Assembly: GCF_006345805.1 (NCBI RefSeq)
Contig: NC_043014.1
Location: 37,634,001 to 37,698,000, forward strand
From: Octopus sinensis
Lineage: Eukaryota
Direction of reading: 5' to 3'
Length of the DNA: 64,000 nt
Below the pieces are notes generated by a model. It made no database searches. It was not told where the DNA came from and worked only from the letters and a program-made list of their open reading frames with translations. This document shows, piece by piece, positions 35,146 through 48,472 of this stretch. The first letter of the stretch is position 1, and every line of letters begins with the position of its first letter. A program made the position numbers and the translations under genes.

Positions 35146-37719
35146 ATTATTATTATTATTGTTGTTGTTGTTGTTGATGTTGTTGTTATCTTTATTATTT
35201 CCGGCCTTGTATTTGCTAGGTATGGGCGTGTTTGAGTATTTGCATTTCGTTTCGTCGCGTTATTTGTATTGGGCAGTTTATTTTTGAGTTTATCTGTTAA
35301 TCTAATTAAAACTGTTTGTTTACTGATCAAGTTTATTTCGTTGATTAGAACTGGGTGTAAGTTTCGTATTGTATTTCAATGTGTGTGTGTGTGTGTGTGT
35401 GTATAATAAACTTATTTTCTTAATGTGAATTTTGTATTAGTCAAGGTTAGAAAATTTCAGAAACTTGTTTGTTTGTGCGAGCATTTTGCTACTGAAGGGG
35501 GTTCGGGGCTGTTTGTTTTGTTGCTTTCTTATTATTACTATTGGATGTGAAATTGCTTTTTTTTAATTAATCTGTTAAACTAATTAAAGGCGCATGCGTT
35601 TATGGGAGACTTTGGGAGTGTCTCGTACTGTAAATGGTATTTTATGGTTGAGTGACGTTTGCTAATTTGTGTTTCTTCGGTTTATATTGCTGATTAATCT
35701 TTTGATTATTGGTGGTGAGTGATCAGAGTTTATATTAATATATAAAGACATTTTCTATGCTTTTCTGTAAGGGTAGCATTTTCCGGTGTTCATGTTCAAT
35801 GTTATATCGAAATAGTTTAAACTTGACGTGACATTAAACCTGAACGCGTACACTTGCATGCGTGTATGCATCTGTGAATATTGTGTCTGCATCTGAACCC
35901 GTGTTTATTTTTATTGGTATGGATCAAAAAGCATGACTTAATCATTCCTTGGGTCTTTTCTGTTTGGTTACACCTCTGGAAATCTTAAAATCTAGTGAAT
36001 ATTTTAAAATTTGGTTTGATGTAATTTTCCACGCTGAATCTCAGGGGCTAATTCCCTTTTTCCAGAAAATAATTAGAAGTTTAAAGTTCGATTTAGAAGT
36101 TGTAATTTTGTGCGTGACTGCACGTGTTGTCAACAGTAAACAAATGACTACCTAATACCACATGTGTTTTAAGCATTTAATAAGCGACATATGCCTGTGG
36201 CTTTCGACTGGTTAAAATTACCCATAATTTGCGAAATTTTAAAATTGATTTTATTAATTGATTTATAGCGAAAATGAATTTCATGTCAATGATTGCAATA
36301 CCAAGCTACATCATTACATCAAATATGAAATCAATTGGAACAATAATTGAAGAAATTGAAAAGTGGCAACCAAATAGAAAGTTCCCATTCCTTGAATAAA
36401 ATCACTAAAAAGAACCCTACACTGATATAAATCCTTGAACCGATACTAGTGTTTTGAAATGTGCGTTTTGGACTTTGTATTGGTCAAGACGGAAAGATTT
36501 TAAAAATTTGTTTAAGATGGGGGATTGTGCTATTACTTATTGGCTTTATCTTTTATTTTTTTTACTTATTTCACTTATTAGACTGCGGTCATTTTGGGGC
36601 ACTGTCTTGAAGGATTTTAAGTCGAATGAATCGATCCCAGTACTTATTTTTAAAAAAGACTGGTACTTATTATTTTGGTCTCTTTTAATCGAACCACTAA
36701 TTAACGGGGATGTGAACACACCAACACCGGTTTATAATTATTTGGGGAAAAATTACAAATGTAATTTTTTCCCTCCAATAAACTGCACTTCATATTTGAG
36801 GCTCCGACGAAGCTATAACGTGTTACTCAAGCACTAAACTGTGAGCCCACTGCATCTTATAGCAGAAACAGCTGTTAGCTCATGAAGTTCGTAAGATAAT
36901 CGTTTATTCCTTTGTCATCTTATTTTATTATAACCGATCTGTACTCGATTAACACTTCGTTCTGAGGCATATCTATATTGAGTACTACACTAGGTTATTT
37001 GTTTCGCAATGCCTTAGCGAAACCTCTCTCTCTCTCTCTCTGTCTTTTTATATATATATTATATAATATATATATATATATATTATATATATATATAAAC
37101 TTACAAGTACAGGACACCACAAATAGACGTAGAACTCTCAAATTTCTACATTAAATAGGTTAAATCAATTAACCTATGAGCTGTTCAAAACGTCTTACGC
37201 GATGAGAAAACTTAGTATGGTGTGACTTCGGTCCTTGCGAGGCGCTACCTATATCTAATAAACAAAGGAAGATTCGTCTGCATCCGCACTCCAAGTTGTT
37301 GTTGCACTGCTATGTCAACATCATAAGGCTGTAGACTCTCAAACTGCTCTGCAAACAAAGTTACGTCATCGTTCTGCGCAACAGTGAACTCGCAACAAAG
37401 CAATAGTTCGAGATATGGCCACTAGGTGACAGCACATACCTTGAGTGAAGAGCAAATCAAGGGTGCTAATTAATTTCTGACGGTAGTGTATGAAAAGAAA
37501 AAAAACAACCATCATTTTGTAAGGAGAGGTAGTATCACGATTAAATTTTGGGGTAGCTGCTGTTTACACATGTTATATCCTCGATAGAAGAGTAACGTAA
37601 TCGACATTTCCGGTTACATCGTAGGAGTTTTAAGTGCGCTAGTGTCTCGTCTGTTCAGCTATATCCTGCGTTTGGATTGCAAAAGCATAGCGTTCAAGAC
37701 GTGACACGATGTTACGGTC

Positions 37720-38930
37720 ACGAGTTCAAGAGAGGAAACATTTCATTTTAGTATTAACATCCTTCTCGAGTTTATAGAAAAACATAGCATGCATCACTTT
37801 TTTGTGGTATACGGACTGCTTCTCTTGCAAGTCTTCGCCGAGGTATGCTAATACTGAATTTCTGAGTTTACACGAGAGGTTGTCAGGAAGTGAATGTTTT
37901 TTGAGGAGTTCATTGCTGACTCGCATGGTGTTATTCACTAAATCTTTGAGCACTTGGCTGGTTTATTTATTTTTGCTGCCATTGTTTAACAGGTTCTGTC
38001 TAAGTGATAGCACATAACATTCAAAGACTGTTTGCATTGGCCTTAAGCGTCTTCCCCCCTCTCTTTCTCTTATTTTGATACAAGGTTCTCCCAATATTGT
38101 TTCTGTGGAAGTTTGCAGTCGATGTCAGGATCTTGCGGATTTTACTTTCCTTTCTTTCCATCGCTTGCTCATCAGTGACTATATCATTAGACTCACAAGT
38201 CTTGGAGAAATTGGTTCCAAAAGCCCGTGCACAATTTGTGCATAATGTTAAGGTAGGTTATGGCCCTATAGTTCTCTGTTAAGGCAGCGATGCAGTGATT
38301 TTATTCTTGGCTACAGGATTTGTACGTACTATGGCAAGCCAGTTCGGCATGTCAATCTGGTCTTCCAAAGTTTTCTTGGAATATGTATATAAGTGACATT
38401 ATATAAAAATTCAACATCTTGTAGCAGTAGCCTATTATGAAGGCTAGTGCCGTTTCCTTATTCTGCTTTCCCACAGCTGTGGTGAAGGTTTTATCATCAA
38501 TCATGGTGGTTTTTTTTTTTAGCCTACTCTCGTCGAAAAAAAAAATCTGTTACTTAACGATAAGCATAGAGAAGCTATAAAAATTACTCTCAGTTGTTAC
38601 GTTGTGTATATTTCACTGTCGTCTGTCTGATCGAAGATAGCGAACTGACAGGCGCTGGCGTTTTCAGTTTGTTTACATTCTTGTCGATCTGTAATGGCAG
38701 CTTTGGGCCGGTTTTGAATATAATCGGAAGATCTGTAACATCACAGGAATTGAAATAACGATTACTCTCTGGCACAGTAGTTCTCTGGGTTGTTATCATA
38801 AACAGATATCGTAGCTGTTTAACTGTCAAGTGGTTTACGTTTCGGTGAGATTCATCCTGGTGTTTCTCTAATCTGTTCATATGGCAGAAGGAAGAATCTT
38901 CACGACTTTTTTTCATAGCACCGGAGTACA
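37720..38930 (-). pseudogene. Internally deleted R4/Dong-type LINE relic
   Basis: ENYRAITYLNIMHKLCTG (RT domain 0/1-like), CESNDIVTDEQA, EGGRRL (GGRGL-like); the part above ~38350 is less certain. Confidence 0.6.
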
Positions 38931-39356
38931 TCTTGATTTAAATGCAAAGATCAAGTAGGAAAAATACTTACGTCTTCTAAGATAGTTCACAGAAGTGACA
39001 GAATTGTAGATATCAATATCGGTGGTAATGTTAATATCAGCTGTGATGACAAAAGCGAAATCTCCCAAGGCGAAAAAAAAATTATTTTTTAAATATCTGG
39101 TCTGAATGGGGTTAAATTGGGGACTAAACAGCGTTTCTCTTATTTACTGAAAAAAATGTGACAACAAAAAACAAGGAAAAACAAACAAAAGAAAACATTT
39201 ACTAACCCAGCTTTGTTATAGTTGTAGAATAAAATGTTCAGAATCACATTTTACATGAACCTCTACGCCTGAACGTCATATACTAATGGCACCATAAGTA
39301 TGCATATGTGTATATAAACAATATTTATATGAGCATATGTGTATGCATATATATAT

Positions 39357-39407
<51 letters not shown>

Positions 39408-39432
39408 TATATATATATAATATATATATATA

Positions 39433-40259
39433 TATACTACTAATATAGGATGAAACTTTTTTCGGAAAAAAATTTCATCAAAAGTGGCAACCTTCAAAGG
39501 TTAAAATTATAAACAACTTAAAAATAAGGGCAAAAGAAAAATGACTTCCATGCCATTATGCTGATAACAGACTTTAAATCGTCAATTTCCACATTTCATT
39601 ATACACTCACTATAAATATACGTCGTGCTGAAATCGAGGAAAGCTAGCCAACAGAATTTGAAAAAAAAAGTTCGTTATTTCTATATTGAATCAATTTCGG
39701 GATTAATCCTATGGATTCTTCCCTCTTCAGTAGAAAATACGATAAGAAATAAATGAAATACTTACATGCACCTATGGAAAAAAGCATAAGCAAAAGTCAT
39801 GAATACACATAAGTACCCCAGTTATATCTAAATGTAAGATCCTTTAGCCAGCCTCAGCACACGTGTGAACTATTTCGAACCACAGCTTATAGTGGTTACC
39901 AGTCCCTAAGCGAATGTTAATAAATCTACTACTAATATAGGATGAAACTTTTTTCAGAAAAAAAAATTTCATCAAAAGTGGCAGCATATTAAAATACCTT
40001 CAAAGGTTAAAATTATAAACAACTTATAAACAAGGGCAAAAGAAAAATTATTTCCATGCCAATATGGTGATAACAGAGAATAACAATATGCTGATATTGG
40101 CATGGAAATAATTTTTCTTTTGCCCTTGTTTATAAGTTGTTTATATATATATATATATAATAGCTAGTTATAAAATCTGAAGAAGAGATAGAGTACTAAC
40201 GTATACTAAACAGTAGAGGGAATAGCCACATATATGTGGCGGATGAATGTTACAACTAG
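39433..40259 (+). mobile_element. Tandem non-autonomous Helitron (family 2), two units
   Basis: Unit 2 is A|TCTACTACTAATATAGG (39925) to palindrome GCCACATATATGTGGC (40225-40240) and CTAG|T (40256-40260); unit 1 shares the first ~135 bp. Confidence 0.8.
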
Positions 40260-40360
40260 TTTAACCCCAGGCGGATTCTCCGCCTAATGGTTTTCGGTGC
40301 AAGCTCTGCACCCTATCTGCCACTTATATGTGGATACTCGCTCTATCATATATATATATA

Positions 40361-42018
40361 GGATCTAGATTTTTTTCATTCGCAAAATATGCATTTTTAA
40401 AAGGAAGTAAAAAATCTGAAAATCTGTTATAAAAATGCAACCTTCCAGTCTCATTGCTATGAAGGTATGATGTGGAGGGAAAAAATTGGAGAAAAGATTC
40501 ATAGAGATTTAAAAATCGAAACAACTGGGTATTTTTAGCCAATAGTGAGACAGAAATTTTCTGCGTTTAGCGAGGCGGTGTCAACTTTAAGGTTGTACCC
40601 TGTGAAATTTAGCGTCTGACCTGTTCATTGTAGGTTTCTAGATAAACAGAAATTCCTAATAAAATCAACATGTATCATCTTACTCGTTCTTTTGTCTCTT
40701 CATTGACTGTATGCTTTTATCATTTGTTAAAATTTATTATATTAATATATTTGTTTGCATGTGTTTTCTTTATGCGTACTTGAGTATTATGTATACCTGC
40801 CATGTATTTATGTACGTCATTAATATATAAGTCCATGAGTGTGTGTGTGTGTGTCTGTCTCAAAAACTCCAAAGTTGAGTAACGTTTTCATGATTGGATT
40901 TGTAAACTACGTTAAGAATAACACTAGTCAATAAAGAATTTGTCCCAAGGAAAAGAATGCCTGTACGCTATACGTTTTTGCATGCAGAATTCAAAAATAA
41001 TATCTAATTATCTGTATCACCCACAGTTTCTCTGTTCCACTATATCCCTCCCAGTTCCTGTTACGCGTGCTAAATGTCAGTTAAGCTGTTGAAATTTGAA
41101 GCTAACTGCTTAAGAAATACTCTTAATTTAATTTAGGTGCAGGAGTGGCTGTGTGGTAAGTAGCTTGCTAACCAATCACATGGTTCCGGGTTCAGTCCCA
41201 CTGCGTGGCATCTTGGGCAAGTGTCTTCTGCTATAGCCCCGGGCCGACCAATGCCTTATGAGTGGATTTGGTAGACGGAAACTGAAAGAAGCCTGTCGTA
41301 TATATGTATATATATATGTATGTGTGTGTGTGTGTGTGTTTGTGTGTCTGTGTTTGTCCCTCCCACATCGCTTGACAACCGATGCTGGTGTGTTTACGTC
41401 CCCGTCACTTAGCGGTTCGGCAAAAGAGACCGATAGAATAAGTACTCGGCTTACAAAAAGAATAAGTCCCGGGGTCGAGTTGCTCGATTAAAGGCGGTGC
41501 TCCAGCATGGCCGCAGTCAAATGACTGAAACAAGTTAAAGAGAGAGTAAAAGAGAAAAGAGAGAATTAACCTGGTGAAATCATAAATCCAGCTATCTGAG
41601 TGAATGAGTCCTAAAAATATATGAAATGAAAAGCACAGAAAAATACTAACACACAAAAGCACAGAAAAATATGTAATATACTAACACACAGAAAAATTAA
41701 AACAAAACACGCAGGTGAAAAGAATCACGCGGTGTGAAGAATCAAGTGTGAAAAATCAACATAGACAACAGTGAACCATAACACAGCGTGCTGTTGTCAT
41801 GGTAACAAGATGCTAATGCCACGCTGTCTGTTGATTGGCTAAAATTGCCCAAATTTCCCAACTTTAATTCCAAATAACATCAGATTCTTTAATTTACGAG
41901 ATAAAGTAATTGGTTGATCGTAAACGAAATTCAGAGATGCATCAATACACCAAAATTGAAGCAATTTGAGTAAAATTAAGGGGTGGGGTTCATTTTGCGA
42001 ATGAGAAAAACTAGATCC
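40361..42018. mobile_element. GGATC-ended non-autonomous DNA element (~1.25 kb without the SINE)
   Basis: TIR GGATCTAG(A/T)TTTT..TCATTCGCAAAAT at both ends; TATATATA flanks; second copy at 56291-57382. Confidence 0.85.
41134..41552 (+). mobile_element. Family A composite SINE, full length
   Basis: Absent at the matching site of the 56291-57382 copy (empty site). Confidence 0.92.
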
Positions 42019-42280
42019 TATATATATATACACACACACATACACATGCATATATGTATGTATGTACGTATGTATATATATATACTCACATACACGCACG
42101 CACACATCATATTTGATCGCTTATTATAAGCATACAGTCTTACAAAGACGCGCCTTAATTTTGACAGGCCGTTCCTTGAAAAACACATGTTCGGTCTTTG
42201 CCTGACATTCGTAGCTTCCACCTACCCAGCTATCAAGTCATTTTAAAGCTTGATGTTTTGAGTTATGAAACCGTGGTATG

Positions 42281-42698
42281 GGCGCAGGAGTGGCTGTGTG
42301 GTAAGTAGCTTGTTTACCAACCACATGGTTCCGGGTTCAGTCCCACTGTGTGGCACCTTGGGCAAGTGTCTTCTACTATAGCCTCGGGCCGACCAATGCT
42401 TTGTGAGTGGATTTGGTAGACGGAAACTGAAAAGAAGCCCGTCGTATATATGTATATATTATATATATATATATGTGTGTGTGTGTTTGTGTCTGTGTTT
42501 GTCCCCCTAGCATTGCTTGACAACCGATGCTGGTGTGTTTATGTCCCCGTCACTTAGCGGTTCGGCAAAAGAGACCGATAGAATAAGTACTGGGCTTACA
42601 AAAGAATAAGTCTCGGGGTCGCGTTGCTCGATTAAAGGCGGTGCTCCAGCATGGCCGCAGTCAAATGACTGAAACAAGTAAAAGAGTAAAAGAGAGAG
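42281..42698 (+). mobile_element. Family A composite SINE, full length
   Basis: Same layout as the other family A copies. Confidence 0.92.
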
Positions 42699-43464
42699 TA
42701 TATCTCATATGAAAAAAATTCAAGCCGTTTGTTTCTATATTCCTCGCTAAAATACACTCCCTCTGTGAGTCGATTAATTTCTTTAAAATAATTGCGAATT
42801 TAGACTGGTTTGGTGAAACAACTACGGTACTGAGTCAAAGATCGAGCAAGCCTGGGATCAGAAGTGATTCTGGATATCTGGAATTTCCAGTTTTCTGGAG
42901 ACAGGTTAAATATCTCATCATTCTTTTCCTTTTTACTTGTTTCTGTCAGTAGACTGTGGCCATGCTGGGGCACCGTCTTGAGGAATTTTAGTCGAACTAA
43001 TCGACTCCAGTAGTTATTTTCTTTTTTAAGCCAGGTACTTATTCTATCGATCTCTTTTGACGATCCGCTTAGTTACGGGGACGTAAACACACCAGCTCTC
43101 ACTCTCTCTCTTTCTCACACATACATAGAGGGCAGGCTTCTTTCAGTTTCCATCTGCCAAATTCACTCACAAGGCTTTGGTCTTGTGAGTGTCTTTAATC
43201 TTTGTTAATCCACATGAAAAAAAAAATAAAGAACAAAACTATTTTTAAAACAACAGATACAATTAACCAACTTCAAAAAACGGTCTATTTTTATTAAATA
43301 GAGATTACAGTCTCGATTTTGCAGTGTCCCTGGATTTCTAGAAGTCGGATAAGAGGTCCGGTACTGCATAACTTTTGTTTCTATTCACTAAAGTCCTTTG
43401 GGATCAAGATAAGATTTTATTATTAAAATTTATGTACAATAAATTGCTTATATTTTTTACAATA

Positions 43465-43868
43465 CTCTTTTACTAGTTTCAGTCATTTGACTGCGGCCAT
43501 GCTGGAGCACCGTTTTTTGTCGAGCAAATCGACCCCAGGACTTATTCTTTGCAAGCCTAAGTACTTATTCAATCGGTCTATTTTGCCGAATCGCTAAGTT
43601 ATGTAGACGTAAACACACCAGCATCGGTTGTCAAGCGATGTTGGGGGGGGGGGGGGACAAACATAGACATCCAAACATATAGACATACATATATGCATAT
43701 ATACGACGGGCTTTTTTCAGTTTCCGTCAACCAAATCCACTCACAAGGCTTTGGTCGGCGTGAGGCTATATAGCAGAACACACTTGCCCAAGTTGCCACG
43801 CAGTGGGAATGAACCCGGAACCATGTGGTTGGTATGCAAGCTACTTACCACACAGCCACTCCTGCGCC
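43465..43868 (-). mobile_element. Family A composite SINE, full length
   Basis: Reverse-complement layout. Confidence 0.9.
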
Positions 43869-44469
43869 TAACAATTTATTAAATACAATTCCTAATAATA
43901 TTTAACTATAAAAATATAATATGAACTTTTAAACGTCGGATGGCTAGGAGGGTCCACCCAAGTAAAATAGAAATTACAGTTGAAAAATGCTTGAGAACTA
44001 CTTACTTTAGTAGTGCTTAAAACACAAATTAATGAATGGTTCCTACTTAAGGACATGACGGATTTTTTTCTCTCTCTAAGCGACTATAATTACAGATAAG
44101 TACAGTTAAAATGTGAAGTATATAAGTATTTAAATTTTGTTGAAATATCACCATATAAAATGAATTATTAGCCAATATTATATTACATTATGTTATATTA
44201 TGGCATATATAACTTAATTAATACATTATATTATAATAGCAAAATTTCGTTTATTTTTAAATTTTTTTTTTCATCTTTTATTTCTTACTTGTTTCAGTCA
44301 TTGGACTATGACCATGCTGGGGCACTGCTTTGAAGAGTTCTGTCGAATAAAGAAAACCCAGTACTTCCTCCCCCCTTTTTTTAGCCAGGTACTTATTATT
44401 TTTTCAATTTTTACCAAACCAATAAGTTACAGGGAGAAGGTGACACACACACACACATACTACATACAT

Positions 44470-44517
<48 letters not shown>

Positions 44518-44630
44518 ATATAGATATATATATATATATATAATATAATATATATATAGTTAATCCAAACATGAAAACACAACAACGCGAGGACGTGGAA
44601 CAAATATAGTATTATTGGACGCTCAGGAAG

Positions 44631-44692
<62 letters not shown>

Positions 44693-45029
44693 GCATGCAT
44701 GTATGTATGCACGTATGTATGTATGTATATGCATGTGTATGTATATATATATATATATATGTGTGTGTGTGCGAGTGTGAAAGTGTGTGTATGTATCTCT
44801 CTCTCTCTATATATATATATAGAGAGAGAGAGAGAGAAAGAGAGAGACGATGGGCTTTCACGAAGTTTCCGTCAACCAAATTCACTCACACGGCACTGAT
44901 CTATCCGGAGCTATAGTAGAAGATACTTGCGTAAAGGAGCTGCACGGTGGGACTGAACCCGAAACCACATGGCTGCAAAGCAAGCTTCTTAACCTCACAC
45001 TTATGGCTGCTGTATTTTTTTTTTTTTTT

Positions 45030-45129
45030 NNNNNNNNNNNNNNNNNNNNNNNNNNNNNNNNNNNNNNNNNNNNNNNNNNNNNNNNNNNNNNNNNNNNNNN
45101 NNNNNNNNNNNNNNNNNNNNNNNNNNNNN
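45030..45129. other. Assembly gap (100 N)
   Basis: Exactly 100 N, typical of an unsized scaffold join; adjacency across it is not guaranteed. Confidence 0.99.
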
Positions 45130-46606
45130 GCAAACATTGTTTAACAGTGTTTCTGATGGCCTCTTTGATGCTTTCAACACTACTACCACCACCCCACCCA
45201 CCATCACCACTAACAACAACAACAACAACTATTATCACAGCAGCATCATAAAATGAAATGTAATAAAATACAAAAAAAAAAAACAACCCAAAAACAAAAC
45301 AAAACTAGAAAACATCAACGAGAAGAACAGCAGTAAAACCTAAACAAAACAAAACAAAATACATAAGTCAATAAATAAATAAATAAATAATAAGTAAAAC
45401 AAAGAGGGGGAAAATATCAAGAATATGAAAAAATAACAGCAAAAAATATAAATATAAAATCTAAAGGAAATAAAAAAAAACCCAACACATACATATATAA
45501 ATACACAAAAATATATATATACACAAAAAAAAAAGGAATTAAAAAAAATAAATCAAAAAGAAGGAAACGGTGGCTTTGAACACGTGGGTGTCTTGTCCCA
45601 AAACAGAAGGAAAACGTTGCCAAGTTTTGCTTGAATTCTCAATATGGAAACGCGTCGTTTTTTTATCAGGCTGTTTTTTCTGCTTACCTTCTTCCAGATG
45701 GTTCTTCAATTAGAGGGTAAGTCATTGAAGGGTTTTGTTGTTGTTGTTGTTGTTGATATGTGTTATTTGCTTGTTTGTTTGTTTGTTTGTTTATTTGTTT
45801 GATGTATTCTTTATTCATTCATTCATTCATTCATTCATTTGTTGCGAGATTCTCTTATTCAGTCGTTGGAGCAACGGTCTGAGGACGTCTTTGTAGTACA
45901 CGATCGCCATGGAACGTAGGACACACAGCGACACGCTCACCAAACACACAGGCTCACGCGCGCGCACACACATAGATATACACACGCACTCATAAACACA
46001 CATACACACACACACACACATACAAAATAAAATCGTTCACAAGCATACCCACGATCAGAAAATCAGACGTGTATACGAAAACCTAAAATCGCGAAGATTC
46101 ACGCATGAATCAGGCTTAACGTGATTTAATCATTAGACACATTCATACGCTAACCAAAGACAAAAAAAAAATCACATACATATATATATATACGAAAATT
46201 CGTATATAGACACATGCAAAGTCAGACCCTGAATCACTGACATGCACATGGAAATTTATAGGTAGACAAACGTATACACAAACCCCAAATCATCCACACA
46301 CACAAACATAGATTGACACCTACATACGCAAACCTCTAAAATCACATACGTATATATGAAAATGCATGCAAAATCGCATGCACACACAAACATTAAAATC
46401 ACACATACATGCAATTACACACACATACACACACACACACATACACACATATATATATATATATAATCTGGTGCTTGACTGAGGAAAGAAAACTTCGAAT
46501 GACCCGTCCTTGTTTTCTTTGTATCGCCCATCTGTATGTTTTGTTGTCCCTTTTTGTATCACCTAACTGTCCGGATGTTTTGTGTTCTTGTCCCATTTTG
46601 TATTTT

Positions 46607-46654
<48 letters not shown>

Positions 46655-47397
46655 TATATATATTTAAAATACAAAATGGGACAGAGAACTCAAAACATAG
46701 CGGCGTACATACACTTTGGTCTCTTATTTGTAACGCCATACTAATACATTTGTTTGTTTGTACTCCACCTGCCTTCGTCTTTTGTTTATTTTCGTAAACC
46801 TTCCCGTTATATATATATATATATATATAATATATATATATATTATATATATATATATTTATAGAACAAGTGCGTGTACAAACAAATATACTGACTCAAC
46901 CGAGTACTTTCTCAATCACACCATGCTTAAAATCATTGGCGGTAACGCACCTCCAATGTACATATGAACACATCACGTTTACTAAGGCTTCTCTCTCTAT
47001 CTCGTTTGTGTATGTTCACTGAAACCTTTTCAATTGCATCGCATGAAATCAGTCAGTGGTTTATGATCCACTCGTTATATCGCAAGATAACATCTCATCA
47101 AATGATTGTTGTTGTTGTTGATAAAGACTTGACGATGTTGATGTTAGTGATGATGATGATGATGCTCTTGCAGTAGGAATTATGTTAAATGATCTCTTCA
47201 ATAATATATGTACATTGATATATCCACACATCTGCATATATATATATATTCGATATGTATATAATTTGACAAACATACATGTATGTAAAAGAAATACCGT
47301 AATATCTATTGTGGAAGTACTCTATTACATCTATCCAAAATATACATAGATGGAAACACATCAGTATGTATGTGCGTGTATGTATATATATTATCAT

Positions 47398-47402
47398 CTA
47401 TC

Positions 47403-47470
<68 letters not shown>

Positions 47471-47580
47471 CTATCTATCTATTCTATCTATCTATCTATC
47501 TATCTGTTCTGTCTGTCTATCTATCTATATATCTATCTATCTATCTATCTATCTAGTATCTTCTCTATCTATCTATCTAT

Positions 47581-47616
<36 letters not shown>

Positions 47617-47650
47617 GCTATCTCTCTATCTATCTATTTATTTATCTATC
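47398..47650. repeat. (TATC)n tetranucleotide array (another at ~50390-50470)
   Basis: Direct reading. Confidence 0.95.
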
Positions 47651-48383
47651 TATCTACCGATCGTTCGATCTATTTCTCTACATGATATTTGTGATTCATG
47701 TATGTGTGTATATTTATCTACATACGCGTATAAATGCATGTGATATACATATATACATATAATTATATTATATATATATATCTATATATATATATATATA
47801 TAATATATATATATATAATATATATATATATATATTGTGTGTGTTGTGTGTCTGTGTTTATCCCCCTAGCATTGCTTGACAACCGATGCTGGTGTTTTAC
47901 GTCCCCGTTGCTTAGCGGTTCGGCAAAAGAGAACGATAGAATAAATACTGGGCTTACAAAAACAATAAGTCCCGGGGTCGAGTTGCTCGATTAAAGGCGG
48001 TGCTCCAGCATGGCCGCAGTCAAATGACTGAAACAAGTAAAAGAGTAAAAAAAGAGTATATATATATATACACTCATACATACATATACACACGCACAAA
48101 CACACACACACATATATATATATACACATAAATGCATACATACATTAATAGACAGAAAGAATAGATAGATAAATGTATGCTAAATCATTTAATATATAAC
48201 ATTACAGATTTACACAAACGAATACGTTTGTGTATATAATGATATCTATGTGTATGTATAAGAATGAGTGTATTTATATCTGTACATACTTACATACATT
48301 TATATACATACATGTGTTTTTTACAGGAAAAATGATCCTCCAAGACACTTGTTTCAACACGACTTTTTCCTCAGAATCTTGCA

Positions 48384-48472
<89 letters not shown>

